A DNA stretch of 64,000 nt from Octopus sinensis (lineage: Eukaryota). The stretch lies in the NCBI RefSeq assembly GCF_006345805.1, contig NC_042998.1, forward strand, positions 45,570,001 to 45,634,000. The letters run 5' to 3'. Made by a program: the position numbers and the translations under genes. Positions 35,699 to 49,605 of the stretch are shown piece by piece. Position 1 is the first letter of the stretch. The number at the start of each line of letters is the position of its first letter. A model generated the notes under the pieces. The model made no database searches and had not been told where the DNA came from. It saw nothing but the letters and a program-made list of their open reading frames with translations.

Positions 35699-37725
35699 GT
35701 AATTATATTACAAATTTAGCTCTGTAATCTATTAGGTTATTGGTTGTTGAAAACTCATTTGTTTTTTCATGTGGTGATTCAAGATAAGGTAAACTAGAGC
35801 GGGTTCCCATTGCTATACTAGGACCTATAGGAAGATTTGAACTGGGTATTGCAAGTATAAATAAAACGCTTGTCAATAATAGGGTGATCCAAGCTGGCAG
35901 AATTGTAAACATGCTGGGTAAAATGCTTAGTGACATTTTGTCTATCTTTACATTCTGAGTTCAAATTCTGCTGAGGTCCACTTTACCTTTTATTGTTTTG
36001 GGGGGTGGGCAATAAAATGTGTATCTGTCGAACACTGGGATCAATTTAATCAATTTAGCTCCAACCCTAAAACTGCTGGCCTTGTGCCACAATTTGAAAC
36101 CAATAATAGGGTGGTTTGTTTTTAGTACTGAGCTGTGCCTACTCTATGACTTTATTTTTCTATTGGGTAGACTGAACCAGTGAGAGGTAGGTATTTGGTT
36201 AAGTTGCATTTCAGTGAGAAAATATAAACCATAGGCACAGGCAAGGGTGTGTGGTAAAGAAGTCTGCTTTGCAACCATGTAGCTTTAAATGTAGATAGAC
36301 TGTGTGGAACCTTGGACTAGTGTCTTCTACCATAGACTCAAGCTGACTGAAGCCTTATGAATGGATTTTGCAAATGGAAACTGAAAGAAGTTTATCATTT
36401 GCAATATATATTTGAAGTGGCAATAAATATTACTTCTCTGTATAGTTACTACTTTCATCTCTTATAGAGATTTTCAAGCTAGCTATTTTACTTGTTGCAA
36501 GATCAGTGACTTTTTGTATTATTAAGATACTGCAAGGTGATGAGCTGGCAGATTTGTTAGCACACTGTGCAATATGCTTCATGGTATTTCGTCTGTCCTT
36601 ACATTCAGAGTTCAATCAACCTTGCCTTTCATCTTTTTAGGGTCGATAAAATAATTACCAGCTGAACACTGGGGTTGATATAATCGACTTAGCTCCTTCC
36701 CAGAGATTGTTGGCCTTGTGCCAAAATTTGAAACCAATATTATTATTACTAAGGCGAGGAGCTAGCAGAATTGTTAGCACACCAGACAAAATGCTTAGCA
36801 GTATTTCATCTGGCTTTGTGTTCTGAGTTCAAATTCCACCGAGGTTGACCTTGCCTTTCATCCTTTCAGGGTCAATAAAATAGGTACCAGTTGAGCACTG
36901 GGGTGGATGTAATCTACTTACCCTTTCCTTGAAATTACTGGCCTTGTGCCAAAATTTGAAACCATTATTAAGATACTGTCTGGAATATAACCAATGAGTC
37001 TGATTTAAAAATATGATGGAAGATTGTAATTTGATATGAATATTTTGAAATGAAAGACTTTGCAAAATTAAATCAGAGATAGCTCAGATGGTGGTGGTGA
37101 TATCAAAAGGGGTGTGCTTCAATTATTGGCTTCATTACAACTTTTCAAGCTTAGAAAAGAAGGTATCTCTCCCTCTTGATGTTTATTAAAATAAGAGAAA
37201 GCACTTTCCATTCACCATACTATTGATCTTTCATCTGCTAGTTTGTCGTTGCTGTTGTAAATAATTTTATGAAACTGATTGGCGCAATCATGGCACTGTG
37301 GTAAGAAGTTTACTTCCTAATCACATGGTTCTGGGTTCAGTCCCACTGCATGGCTCCTCGGGCGAGTATCCCCTGCTCTTGTCTTGGGCCAACCAAAGCT
37401 TTGTGAGTGGATTTAGTTGACAGAAACTGAAAGAAGCTTGTCATATTTATATATGTATATGTGTATGTGTATGTATATGTATATGTGTAAGCATTTGTAT
37501 CTCCTTGTCTTGACATCATGTGATGGTTGAAAATGATTGTCAGCATCATACAAGCACTGTTGTTCATTTGCAATATTCTGTGGAAATATGTGTGGCCATG
37601 GGGGAAATATTAATTGTTTTTGGAAATAGGTGAGGGTCGGTGACAGGAAGGAGAGACAGCTGTGGAAAATCTGCTCCCATAAACTCTATCTGACCGATGC
37701 AAGCATGGGAAAATAGACATTAAAA

Positions 37726-37757
<32 letters not shown>

Positions 37758-38103
37758 ATACTTTGAGATATTGAAACATCTTTGGTGTGTGTGTGTGAGA
37801 GAGAGAGAGAGAGTTGCAATGTGTTGTAGGATAATGTAGAATTGTGTTTCAGAAATGTTATTATTTAACCCCAGGCTATTTATGATTGAGTAGATCCATG
37901 ATGAAGAGGCACTCCAGATGTGACTTGCATACAGGCTTGTCCCTGCAAACCTCTCCAGCTGAACATTACTAATCTTGCAGGCTCATAGGTGCTGGTGCCA
38001 CATAAAAAACATCCATGCTGGTGCTGCGTAAAAGCACCTAGTACACTCTGTAAAGTAGTTGGTGTTAGGAAGGACATCCAGTTGTAGAAACCATTCCAAA
38101 ATG

Positions 38104-38690
38104 AAAGGCGGCAAGCTGGCAGAATCGTTAGCATGTTGGGCGAAATGCTTCGTGGTATTTTATCTGCCGTTACGTTCTGAGTTCAAATTCTGCCGAGGTC
38201 GACTTTGCCTTTCATCCTTTCGGGGTCGATTAAATAAGAACCAGTTATGCACTGGGGTCAATATAATCGACTTAATCCGTTTATCCTCTCTGTGTTTAGC
38301 CCCTTGTGGGTAGTAAAGACATAGGTATTTCGTCTGCCATTATGTTTTGAGTTCAAATTCCGCCAAGGTCGACTTTGTCTTTCATCATTTCAGGGTCGAT
38401 AAATTAAGTACCAGTTACGCACTGTGGTTGATGTAATCAACTTAATACCTTTGTCTGTCCTTGATTGTCCCCTCTATGTTTAGCCCCTTGTGGGTAATAA
38501 AGAAATAGGTATTTCGTCTGCCATTACATTCTGAGTTCAAATTCCGCCGAGGTCAACTTTGCCTTTCATCCTTTCGGGGTCGATAAATTAAGTACCGGTT
38601 ATGCACTGGGGTAAATGTAATCTACTTAATCCTTTTGTCTGTCCTTGTTTGTCCCTTGTATGTTTAGCCCCTTGTGGGCAATTAAGAAAT
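38104..38690 (+). repeat. Family-A SINE with three tandem about 185-bp body units
   Basis: gtatttcgtctgcc...ccccttgtggg..aaagaaatag repeats head-to-tail three times. Confidence 0.8.
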
Positions 38691-39426
38691 AAGAAACCAT
38701 TCCAAAATAGACACGGAGCCTGTACAGCCCTTCAGCTGGTCAGCTCTTGTTAAACCGTCCAACCCATGCCAGCATGGACACCACATTAAATGAAAAATGA
38801 TGAGCGTATCTAGGACCAAAGTTGTATAAGCGTGGGGTAGGTCTGGTAAATTAGTATGCAGATTGAGAACTAAAGAGGAGCCCGTAACTATCTGGTTCCC
38901 ATCATTATTAAAACAAAAACAAACAGCTTCTTTGAATTTTGACAAGACATCTTCTTCCCACAGCCTGAATGTACTCTTGCTCTACCTATCCAAATTTTTC
39001 CCAGAAGCTTTGAAGGACTCTATTGTCCAACATGTCCCCCTTTCCCTTTTAAGATGGTAGGATGTTATTTGATAAAAATTCATGCATAGAGGCCTTTTCA
39101 TCGGTTTGTATTTCTGGAATGTAGTGTAAAGCTTGCAAGTGGTTTGAATATTGTTATGTTTCAGTTGGATGTTAACCTACTATATCTTATTCGTGTTGTC
39201 TAATATTTTCATGTTATCTGTTTGAGTAGTTTCTTTCATAGGATTTAAATAATATTTATCTAGCATCCTGTGAAAGGAGGAAGATAGCCAGACATCTGTA
39301 TATATTTATCAGCCTGGTGTAATAGATTCTTCAACAACAGGTATCAGACTGTTGATTTTGCAGTATTCTTCAGCTGTGTATGTGAGTGTGTGTGTATGCG
39401 TGTGTATTTTAATATTTATATATATA

Positions 39427-39605
39427 TCTCTATATATATAAACGGCAAAATGTCTGTGCGTGTGTCCTTTATACAAATCCACAATTTTTCAGTTAGAGGG
39501 CTCACACTTTCTATGGTCATTCAAAACCGTTCAAGGGTGGTCGTGCACATCTTTACATTTCTCCAGTCACCCCGCAAAACCAGCAACGCCGGGTCATAGT
39601 GCTAG
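39427..39605 (+). mobile_element. Short non-autonomous Helitron, family 3
   Basis: TC...cagcaacgccgggtcatagtgCTAG|T. Confidence 0.7.
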
Positions 39606-39714
39606 TATATGTATGATTGGATATGACAATTAAACAACATAGGTATCAATTCTAATGTCAAGCACATTAAAGGAGTACCAGGTTATGCCCTTGTTCATTT
39701 TTCCTGTTATATCA

Positions 39715-40285
39715 TCAACATCATCATCATTTAATGTCTATTTTCCACTGCTGGCATGGGTTAGACAGCTTGACTGGAGATGGTAAGCTGTAGAGCTGCA
39801 CCAAGCTCTACTCTGTTTTGGCTTGGTTTGTACAGCTGGATGCCCTTCCTAATGCCAACCACTCTACAGAGTGTAATGGGTATTTTTTACGTGTCACTGG
39901 TATGTGTATCTTTCATGTGTCACCAGCACTGGCCATGACTTCACTTAACTTGATATCTCTCCTCATACACAGCGATTCCCCAGAAGTCTTGGTTACTTGT
40001 TATCATCTCCGTGAGACTCAGTGTCCGAAGATCACATTTCACCCATCTTGTCACACGTCTTCCTGGATCTAATTCTTCCACAAGTTCCCACCACAAGTAG
40101 AGATCAGCATTTCTTTACACAGCTGTCTTCATCCATACACATAATATGACCATACCAGCACAGTCTTTTGTTTTGCACACTACATCTGATGCCTCTTACA
40201 CCTAATTTTTCTCTTAAGATACTTACACTCTGTTGTACATGCACACTGACACTGAACATCTAGCAGAGCATGCTAGCTTCATTAT
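39715..40285 (-). mobile_element. Old RTE LINE 3' fragment
   Basis: Minus-strand frame resembles ASMLxxMxSVSVHVQQSVSILREKLGVRGIRC...WYGH. (cat)n tail at the left end. Confidence 0.65.
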
Positions 40286-40453
40286 ATATATACATAACTA
40301 AGCTCTTGGGGCTGGCCAGATTGGAGCAATCTCAAGATTAATCGGCCGAAATTGCGAGGATGATCTGGTTTTTGACTGAGGATAGAAAGCTTCGAATGAC
40401 CCGTCCTAGTTTTTTTGTATTGTTCAGATGTTTTGCGTTCTTGTCCCATTTTG

Positions 40454-40492
<39 letters not shown>

Positions 40493-40810
40493 CCAACGGT
40501 CATTTTCACGATTACAGCCAACGAATCTAGTCAACGCACAAGACAGCCATTATGCTCCTCCCCACAAAACACCACCATGTGGACTCTGTTGAGACTAGTA
40601 AGAAACAATTATGAACTTTTTTATTACTCTTAACTTTTAAAAATATTTTTGCTAAGTTTCGTTTTTTCAAGAAGAACTGAAACATGTGAAATCTCTAAGA
40701 AAATTAAAATTTATCTTATATAGTGGCGTTTTCAAACTTCTTTTTTATAAATATATACCCACTTGTATGCCACCTACACTTTTTCTAAATATATATATAT
40801 ATATATATAT

Positions 40811-41630
40811 CATCATCATCATCATCATCATTTAACGTCCGCTTTCCATGCTAGCATGGGTTGGACGGTTCAACTGGGGTCTGGGGAGCCCGAAGGCTGC
40901 ACCAGGCCAGTCAGATCTGGCAGTGTTTCTACAGCTAGATGCCCTTCCTAACGCCAACCACTCTGAGAGTGTAGTGGGTGATTTTATGTGTCACCGACAC
41001 AGGTGCCAGACGAGGCTGGCGAACGGCCACGCTCGGATGGTGTTTTTATGTGCCACCGACACAGGTGCCAGACGAGGCTGGCGAACGGCCACGCTCGGAT
41101 GGTGTTTTTATGTGCCACCGACACAGGTGCCAGACGAGGCTGGCGAACGGCCACGCTCAGATGGTGTTTTTATGTGCCACCGACACAGGTGCCAGAGAAG
41201 GCTAGCAGACGACCACGCTCGGATGGTGTTTTTTATGTGCCACCGACGCAGGAGCCAGATGAGGCTGGCGATCGGCCACGATCGGATGGTGATTGTTACG
41301 TGCCCACAGCATGGAGGCCAGTCGGTGCGGCACTGGTTACGGCCACGTTCGGATGGTTTTCTCGTGTGCCACCGGCACTGGTACCACATAGATACAAATT
41401 CCATTGATGTTCATCTATTTTGATTTTGTTTGATTTTTTGATTTTTTGATTTGATTTGATTCGATTTTCACTTGCCTCCACAGGTCTTCACAAGTGTCAC
41501 AAGAAGGAAGGTATGCACAGGTGGACTGACTACGTCCCAGGTAGGGGCCACGGGTTATGGCCTGACTAGTCTTGCCGGGTCTTCTCACGCACAGCATACT
41601 TCCATAGGTCTCGGTCTCTAGTCATTTCCA
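40811..41630 (-). mobile_element. RTE LINE 3' end with five about 60-bp subrepeats
   Basis: Colinear with 21161-21850. Confidence 0.85.
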
Positions 41631-41672
41631 TATATATATTTATATATATGTGTGTGTGTGTGTGTGTGTATG

Positions 41673-41708
<36 letters not shown>

Positions 41709-42278
41709 GATATGCTAGCATGGAAGGCAGACGTTAAATGAAGGTGGTGGTGGTGGTGGTGGTGGTGGCGGCGGCGGCAGTGATGAGGATGATGAAATTT
41801 TACTTGCTTACATAATCTCAGTGTGCCCAGTAAGGATTAGGAATTTATCTCTTTTGAAGACCTGGTATTATGTATTTAATCTGTCTATTGTGATTTGTGA
41901 ATGCAGTCTAGATTGACGTGGAACACAACTCACTCTTTTGTTTAAAATACATGGTCCGTGTTGATTTAATTGATCTTTGCATGTACATGAACTTTAAGTG
42001 CAACGCTTAGTATGCTCTGTGACTTCCATGAAGTGTTGCTAGTGTTCTTTCTTTTTAGAATTCTCTCTTTTACTCTTTTACTTGTTTCAGTCATTTGACT
42101 GTGGCCATACTGGAGCACCGCCTTTTAGTCGAGCAAATCAACCCCAGGACTTATTCTTTGTAAGCCTAGTACTTATTCTATCGGTCTCTTTCGCCAAACC
42201 ACTAAGTTATGGGGAGGTAAACACACCAGCATCGGTTGTCAAGTTATGGTGGCGGGACAAACATAGACACACAAACAT

Positions 42279-42315
<37 letters not shown>

Positions 42316-43033
42316 CTATGGGCTTCTTTCAGTTTCTGTCTACCAAATCCACTCACAAGGCTTTGGTTGGCCCGAAGCTATAGTAGAAGACACTTGCCCA
42401 AGGTGCCACGCATTGGGACTGAACCTGGAACCATGTTGTTGGTAAGCAAGCTACTTACCACACAGCCACTCCTACGCCTATATTTAAATACTCACAAGAA
42501 GCAGGATTCTATTCCTTCTTTTTAAAATCTGTCTGACTGACTGTCTGTCTGTCCCCCTCTCTCACTTTCTCTCTCTTGTGCTTTCTTACATACTGATGGA
42601 GACAGAAGACTCTGACATTGATTTCAAAATATGAGCATCCTGATGTTCAATCAACTAAACAATTCTCTCATTGAATTAGCATACAAAATGGCTGAGTATC
42701 ACTTGCATACATATAACCTTCATATACACTCATTGCTAGAATCAGTGTGACACAAGTGCAAAAAGGCTGGACATTTGAATTACAGGTACAATTCATCTAA
42801 TGGGATTTTTATGGTTTCTGTTTATTCAAATTCACACACAAGGTGTTGATCAACCCAAGGTTATCGTACACTTACAAAAATGCCACTCAGTGAGATTGAA
42901 CCTGGCAACTAATGATTGTGAAGTAGACTATTTCACTACTTAGCCATGTTTAACTCCTCAGCCTGCGTTTGCATATACACATATACACACATATACAAAC
43001 ACATTTTTTAAAAGCGGAATGAAGAAAATTTTA

Positions 43034-43545
43034 CCGTAAATCCTCGTGTATAATCCGCATTTCCCCCCCAAAATTTAAAAGTCAAAATCCCTAGTGTGTA
43101 CTACATATGAGGTTAAAAAAGAAAAATATTTTCTAAGCAATGTCCGAGTCTCTATTTGCTGTCCGGCAATGTTTATTCAGATGCATTTTGTAATGTCGGG
43201 CGCGAAAATACCTTAAGCTAAGCCAGATATCAATGAAGTCATAAAAGAATCATCCGTAACTTGCAGTAAGCAACATTTATTAAATGTTATTACTGTTATT
43301 TCTTTATTTTCTGCAAACAAAATGCACAAAAAAGCTAAACATTTGCATTATGTTATATATACAATAATAATAAAGAACGTTACTGTATACATTTTTACAA
43401 ACCAAGGATGTTATATAGACCTCCTTGACTCAAGTTAGAGAAGGGGTGCATATTATACACAAGGTTTAGGTTTTTCAGAGGTATAGATCCCTAAAAATCC
43501 CCTGTGTATTATACTGAATGGTGGACTATACTCGAGGATTTATGG
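43034..43545. mobile_element. pogo/Tigger-like MITE
   Basis: TA|CCGTAAATCCTCG...CGAGGATTTATGG|TA terminal inverted repeats. Confidence 0.75.
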
Positions 43546-44665
43546 TAATTAAGCTCTAAAATATCTTTTATCTTTTATCTTGTTTCAGTCATTTGACTGT
43601 GGCCATGCTGGGGCACTACCTTGAAGGGTTTTAGTCAAAGGAATCGAATCTAGTAGTTATTTTATTAAAGCCTGGTACTTATTCTATCAGTCTGTTTTTC
43701 TGAACTGCTGAATTATAAGGACATAAACAAACCAACACCGATTGTCAAGTGGTGGTGGCAACAAACACAAACACACACATACACACACATACACATGCAC
43801 ATACATGTGTGCATGCACACACATGCACACTAGGCTTCTTTCAGTTTTTGTCTATCAAATCCATTCACAAGGCTTTGGTTGGTTCAGGGTGATAGTAGAA
43901 GACTTACCCAAGGTGCTATGCTGTGGGACTGAACCCAGAACCTTGTGGTTGGGAAGCAAAATTCTTCAAAAGCAAATGAAAGCTATTTATAATTTGGAAG
44001 ATATAGTTTGCTGTGCTCAATTCAGATAACAGTACCCCACTCTCCCAGTGAAGGCATGTGGCTTAGTGGTTAGGGTAATGGGCTCATGATCGTAAGGTCA
44101 TGAGTTCAATTCCTGGCAGTGCATTGTGTCCTTGAGCAAGACACTTTATTTCATGTTGCTCCAATCCACTCAGCTGGCAGAAATGAGTGGCGAGCTGGCA
44201 GAAATGTTAGCATGCCAGGCGAAATGCTTAGCGGTATTTCATCTGCCATTACGCTCTGAGTTTAAATTCCACTGAGATCGACTTTGTCTTTCATCCTTTC
44301 AGGGTCGATAAATTAAGTACCAGTTATGCACTGGGGTCAATATAATCGACTTAATTCCTTTGTCTGTCCTTGTTTGTCCCTTCTGGGCAGTAAAGAAATA
44401 AGAAATGAGTTGTACCTGTAATTCAAAGTTCTGGCCTTCTCACATTCTGTGTCATGCTGAATCTCCCTGAGAACTAAATTAAAGATATGCATGTTTGTGG
44501 GGTGCTTGGCCACTTGCAGGTTAATTTCATGAACAGGCAGTTCTGCTAATTGGATCAACTAGAACCCTCATCATCATAACCAACAGAGTGTCATGCAAAC
44601 CCTACTCTCCTGCAAAAACTTTCTCTGCTGCCTTGTCAAAAGTAATTGATATTTTATCTTTACAG

Positions 44666-45013
44666 GATGGGTGTATCGACCGAATATTCGCCAACGTTTT
44701 GAAGGTACATTTAATGATATCCAAGTTGACAACAAACTGACAGAGTCAATCCTACCCAAAATAATCTGTGACCAAAAGCAACAAATCCCTCAGATGGCAG
44801 TAATACCCATTATTTATCCCCTTTCCAACAACACAATGACCCTAACAATGCCAGCTGAAGGATCAATTAACTCTAATCCTGAACCCAACAACTTAGAAAA
44901 TCCGATGCTCAATACTGAGTTTGTTTCTGCTAATAGTGTCCAAATGTGCCAAGATCAAATGTATTCAGATGTTTGTTCATGGGAATCCAGTTGGTCAAAC
45001 CAAGATATTTCTG
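44666..45013 (+). CDS. Sox30: Sox exon 3: end of the HMG tail plus a P/S/N-rich region
   Basis: Acceptor tacag|GA TGG GTG TAT CGA CCG completes YPG-WVYRP. Donor TCTG|gtaagt. 348 nt, phase 1-1, open frame. Confidence 0.88.
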
Positions 45014-45062
45014 GTAAGTTGATTCATGTAAACTGAGGAGAGCATTGTACTGATATGTATGG

Positions 45063-45100
<38 letters not shown>

Positions 45101-46362
45101 TTAATGTCTGTTTTCCATGATGGCATGGGTTGGATGGTTTGACTGGGGTCTGGGAAGCCAGGAAGCTGCACCAGGCACCAGCCTGATCTGGCAGTGTTTC
45201 TACAGCTGGATGCCCTTCCTAATGCCAACCACTCCGTGAGTGTAGTGGGTGCTTTTTATGTGCCACCGGCACAGGTGCCAGGGGAGGCTGGCAATGGCCA
45301 CAATCAGTTGGTGCTTTTTATGTGCCACCAGCATGGAAGCCAGTCATGGCGGCGCTGGTATCAGCCATGTTTGGATGGTGCTTTTACATGCCACTGGCAC
45401 AGGTATCACATCTACAATTTCCATTTGATTTTTTGATATATGATGCTAATTGAAGGCAGGTGGCTCAGTGGTTAGAGTGTCAGGCTCATAATCATGAGGT
45501 AGTGAGTTTGATTCCTGGACTGGGTTGTGTATTGTACTCTTGAGTAAAACACTTTATTTCACGTTACTTCAGTTCACTCAGCTCTTCCATAAACAACCTT
45601 GCCTGGACTTGTGTTTTGGAGGGGAACTTTCTAGGTGCAATCCCATGGTCATTCATGACTGAAGGAGATCGTTTCTGATGTTAATGGAGAATGAATGTTG
45701 GAGGGAAAAGGTCTCTATACTGATAGAGGAGTATACCTATGACAGAGAAAGATTTAAGAGATGAGGAAGAAGTGGTGAAGTTAGATCTAAGACTACTGGT
45801 TCTCACAAGTGAGATGAGAAAAGACCTATATGGTAAACCTGTTCAGTCTATGCTAGTCTGGAAAGATGTTAGGACATTGATGTCGAGGTTAAAGGTTATA
45901 TATATCATCATCTATCTATATCTATAAAAGGTAGGATATGTGTGTGTGTGTGTGTATGGGAATGAATTTATGCACATCCACAAATTAGCACTAGGAGGAC
46001 ATTGGTCACAACCATGGCTGTGCTTTTGTCTGTCAACTTATTTTTCTTGAGGCACCCGTGGATAGCGGTAAAAATCGATTTTCAACCATAACTTTTACCA
46101 ATTTTGAATGTCGGTGAAATCTGTAAGTTTGCTAACATGAGTTAAGTCTCCTTGCAATGGTGAACAGTATTGTGTGTGTTGATGTGTGTGTGTGTGTGTG
46201 CGTGTGTGTGTGTGTGAGGGAGAAAGAGAGTGACAGCATACATTTTAAAAAATTTATTTTTCCTTGCATCTTTTTTGAGTGATTGACTGAGAGAGAGAGT
46301 GATAGCATAACACCTCTTTCTCTCTCTCTCTCTGTGAAAGACACTAAAAAAAGATGCGAGAA

Positions 46363-46396
<34 letters not shown>

Positions 46397-47951
46397 CATG
46401 CATGCATGTATGTATGTATCTATGTATGTATCTCTCTGTTTGTCTATCAATCACTCATTTGCCTTTGCCATTTCACATCCATTTTCCATGCTGGCATGTG
46501 TCAGAGGGTTTCACAGGATCCAGTGAGCCAGAGGACTGTGCTAAGCTCTACTGTCTGCTTTGGCATGGTTTCTATGACTGGATGTCTTCCCCCTACACCA
46601 ACCACTTTACAGAGAGTACTGGGTGCTTTTTATGTGGCACCAGCACCAATGAGGTCACCGAGTAACTTGCATGACAAGATCCTTCAACTGAGTGAGGAAT
46701 AGCGGTGGCTTTGTGCTAGGTAATGAGATGTTAGAGTATGATAGAGGGACAAAAACAAGTGTGTTGCTGTAGAGGAGATTCATAGCTGCTCCATATGTGT
46801 ATGTGTGTGTGTGTGTGTGTGTGTTAAAGCAAGCTAATTTTATTTCCTGAAAACAGCTGCCACTGTTTCTGTTGTCAATGTTGTTTCAAGGATAAGCTGC
46901 CAAATTCCGAACCATTCTGGGTCAATTAGATACCTGTACCCCTGTTGCAACTCCCTCTCTCCTTTCTGTTTAGGTTTTGCCAATGAGGAAATTTGAGATC
47001 AGCAATACAATCCAATAAAATACACGTCAGTTATACAGTCTCTCCACCATCTTTATGAAGAGAGAGGAGTCTTCAAGATGGCCAAATTGATAGAGTACTG
47101 GACAGCCAGATGAGAGGTTTGTGGTTTGTATCCTATCACTAGCACAACACTGTGTCCATAGCCAGCAGAGACACTTAACTCTCAGATGTTTCAGTCCACC
47201 CAACTATGTAGAGATGCTGCAAGGTGAGACACTGTTGTTATCAGCAATGTAACACTGTAATGTTGATGGATGTGTGATTAGCTAAAAGAGTAGCAAGTTT
47301 AGTTCTTGAGATAACAGCAGGCATGGGGAACCTTCTTGCAAGAAGCAGGCTGCATAAGGCATGGCTCATCATCAGGGGGACCGCACTACTAAAAAAAATT
47401 AACAAAAAATTTCGTTAGGCCTACCGGTCACAAAAGTCCTGAGGGCTGCAGTTTGCTCATGACTGGATCTACAGCTTGGAGAAGGACTAGCTTTGCCAAG
47501 CTGACAACCCTTTAGCGTTTAAACAGGCCCCTGAAGGCTGTAGTTTGCGCATGACTGGATCTACAGCTTGGGGAAGGATTAGCTCTGCCAAGCTGACAAC
47601 CCTTTAGCGTTTAAACAGGCCATATCAGACCCAAATATTCTAGCTGTTTTGTGTTCAAACTGGCCAAATCCAACCTCTCACACCTATCCGACAATATCAT
47701 TCTAAAAATAAAGAATCACATCATTGGAATCTTGAAGTTATGAGATGATGCATGATTAATTCAAAAGAAAGAGTATAAATATACATGACATTTGACAGAG
47801 TAATCTGAATGCTAAAAGTTAACCTAAAAACATCACATGAAGCCAAAGTCTTCAAGCAGTGATACTAATGACCAAATGGAGTTATGAAACTCATCACTTC
47901 TGGTAAGAGTAATAAACTCCTTATCACCTTGATATCCTTTTTATCTAGAAA

Positions 47952-48350
47952 CTAGCAGTATAGCCCGGCGTTACTTGGGTTTGTTTTCTTTTTGACCCTT
48001 TAGAATTGGAATTTTTGAAAAGTAAAAATTTTGCATTATGTAGTTTGTTATACTCTTTAAGTGAACATTTTTCTGGTTGAAATACACCGAAAAATAGCGA
48101 CACAGCAGTCAAAAATTCGTAAAAAATAGGGATTTTCATAGAAAAAAAAAAGCACCTTTTTGATGTAAATAATTTTTGGTGTTAACATGGTCCGATTTGA
48201 ATTTTATCTTCTACGGAATGAAGAGCAAGCCTTCTTCTATCATACTCTCAATTTTGGTCAACTTGCGCCGCAGGGTCTCCGAGGAGATAGTGTTAGTTGA
48301 AGGCTACCAAACCTGCCACACACAGACAACTTCAGCTTTATATATAAAGA
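47952..48350 (-). mobile_element. Non-autonomous Helitron, family 2
   Basis: TC/CTAG ends. Near-identical to 14014-14390. Confidence 0.85.
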
Positions 48351-49022
48351 TTACAATTTGAATGGATGAATGTTTGTTTTGTATCATTAATGACATGAAA
48401 TAGTCAAACTAGTGCATCTGTTGCACAGAGTTCATTATTGATGCTGTTGCTGCTATTACTATGTCAACAGCTGCAAAGTATTTGTTAATTCCGTACTTCA
48501 GAGTGAGTAGCATTTAGCAGATGAAGTTACAGATCAGTCTATGAATAAGATTCCAAAAGATGACAAACAATATTTCCATAAGATCTGTTTGTTTGCTGCT
48601 GGATGAATTATTGGTTGGAATGTAGAATAACATGTTCTACCCTGTGACACAATAAGTGAGTTTATGTTCTGCATGTGACATGAACTTGTGACCTGTAAGT
48701 TAAGATCCGCAGTTATTTCACTGCCGTACAACTACTGTTGCTAACCTTTAAATGTATCAAAACTTTATCAGTTTATTATTATTAGTAGTAATAATACACT
48801 GGTTAGATTTAATTTACTCTCTCTCTCTTTTACTTGTTTCAGTCATTTAACTGTGGCCATGCTGGAACACCGCCTTTAGTCGAGCAAATCGACTCTGGGA
48901 CTTATTCTTTGTAAGCCTAGTACTTATTCTATCAGTCTCTTTTGCTGAACCGCTAAGTGACGGGGACATAAACACACCAGCATCAGTTGTCACGCAATGC
49001 TAGGGGGACAAACACAGACACA

Positions 49023-49088
<66 letters not shown>

Positions 49089-49089
<1 letters not shown>

Positions 49090-49350
49090 CTCTTATTATA
49101 AAAGGCAGATTTTATCTGCCTCCCTTTGGGAGTTATACAAATCTACAATATAGGATTTCTTCAATTACAATTTACCTTGCATTTTTAAGAGTACAATGCA
49201 TCGCGTCATGCCAGGTCCAGTTTTTAAAATTTAAACTCCAATTAAGCAAAATTTACAGAAAACTCACATTCTGGTGTGTGTGTCAAATGCTTCTCTTAGT
49301 CTGGTTTACAGCACACGCAAACGCACACACACACAGTGGGCAACGAATAA
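49089..49350 (+). mobile_element. Helitron-like repeat, family 4 (inverted copy at 62712-62966)
   Basis: Starts TC...TATAAAAG. About 250 bp of close reverse-complement match to 62712-62966. Confidence 0.6.
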
Positions 49351-49605
49351 AATGAAAGTAATTGACTTACTGTAGTGAGTGATTCTTTCACTCTGCCTCC
49401 CACTTCCTCTTTCAACACATAGACACGCAAATATATAAATAAAATTGTAAGCTAACGTGCGTGTGTGTGAGTGGGTGTGTGTGGGTGTGCGTGCGTGTGT
49501 GTGTGTGAGGGTGCATGTGTGTGTGTGTGTGTGTGTGCGTGTGCGTGAGTGTGTGACAGGAAAGTTTTTTATGACGAATATAACACCTATATCCAAGTAG
49601 CAGAA

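Noticed and set aside
40299-40420. CUGAGGA...CGAA motif in a probable pLTR-like repeat
   Set aside because: Lacks GAAA/NUH geometry and a convincing stem I, so it cannot be called a hammerhead.
41788-41860. Possible C/D snoRNA (ATGATGA box)
   Set aside because: The C-box match comes from a (GAT)n tail, and there is no CTGA D box or terminal stem.
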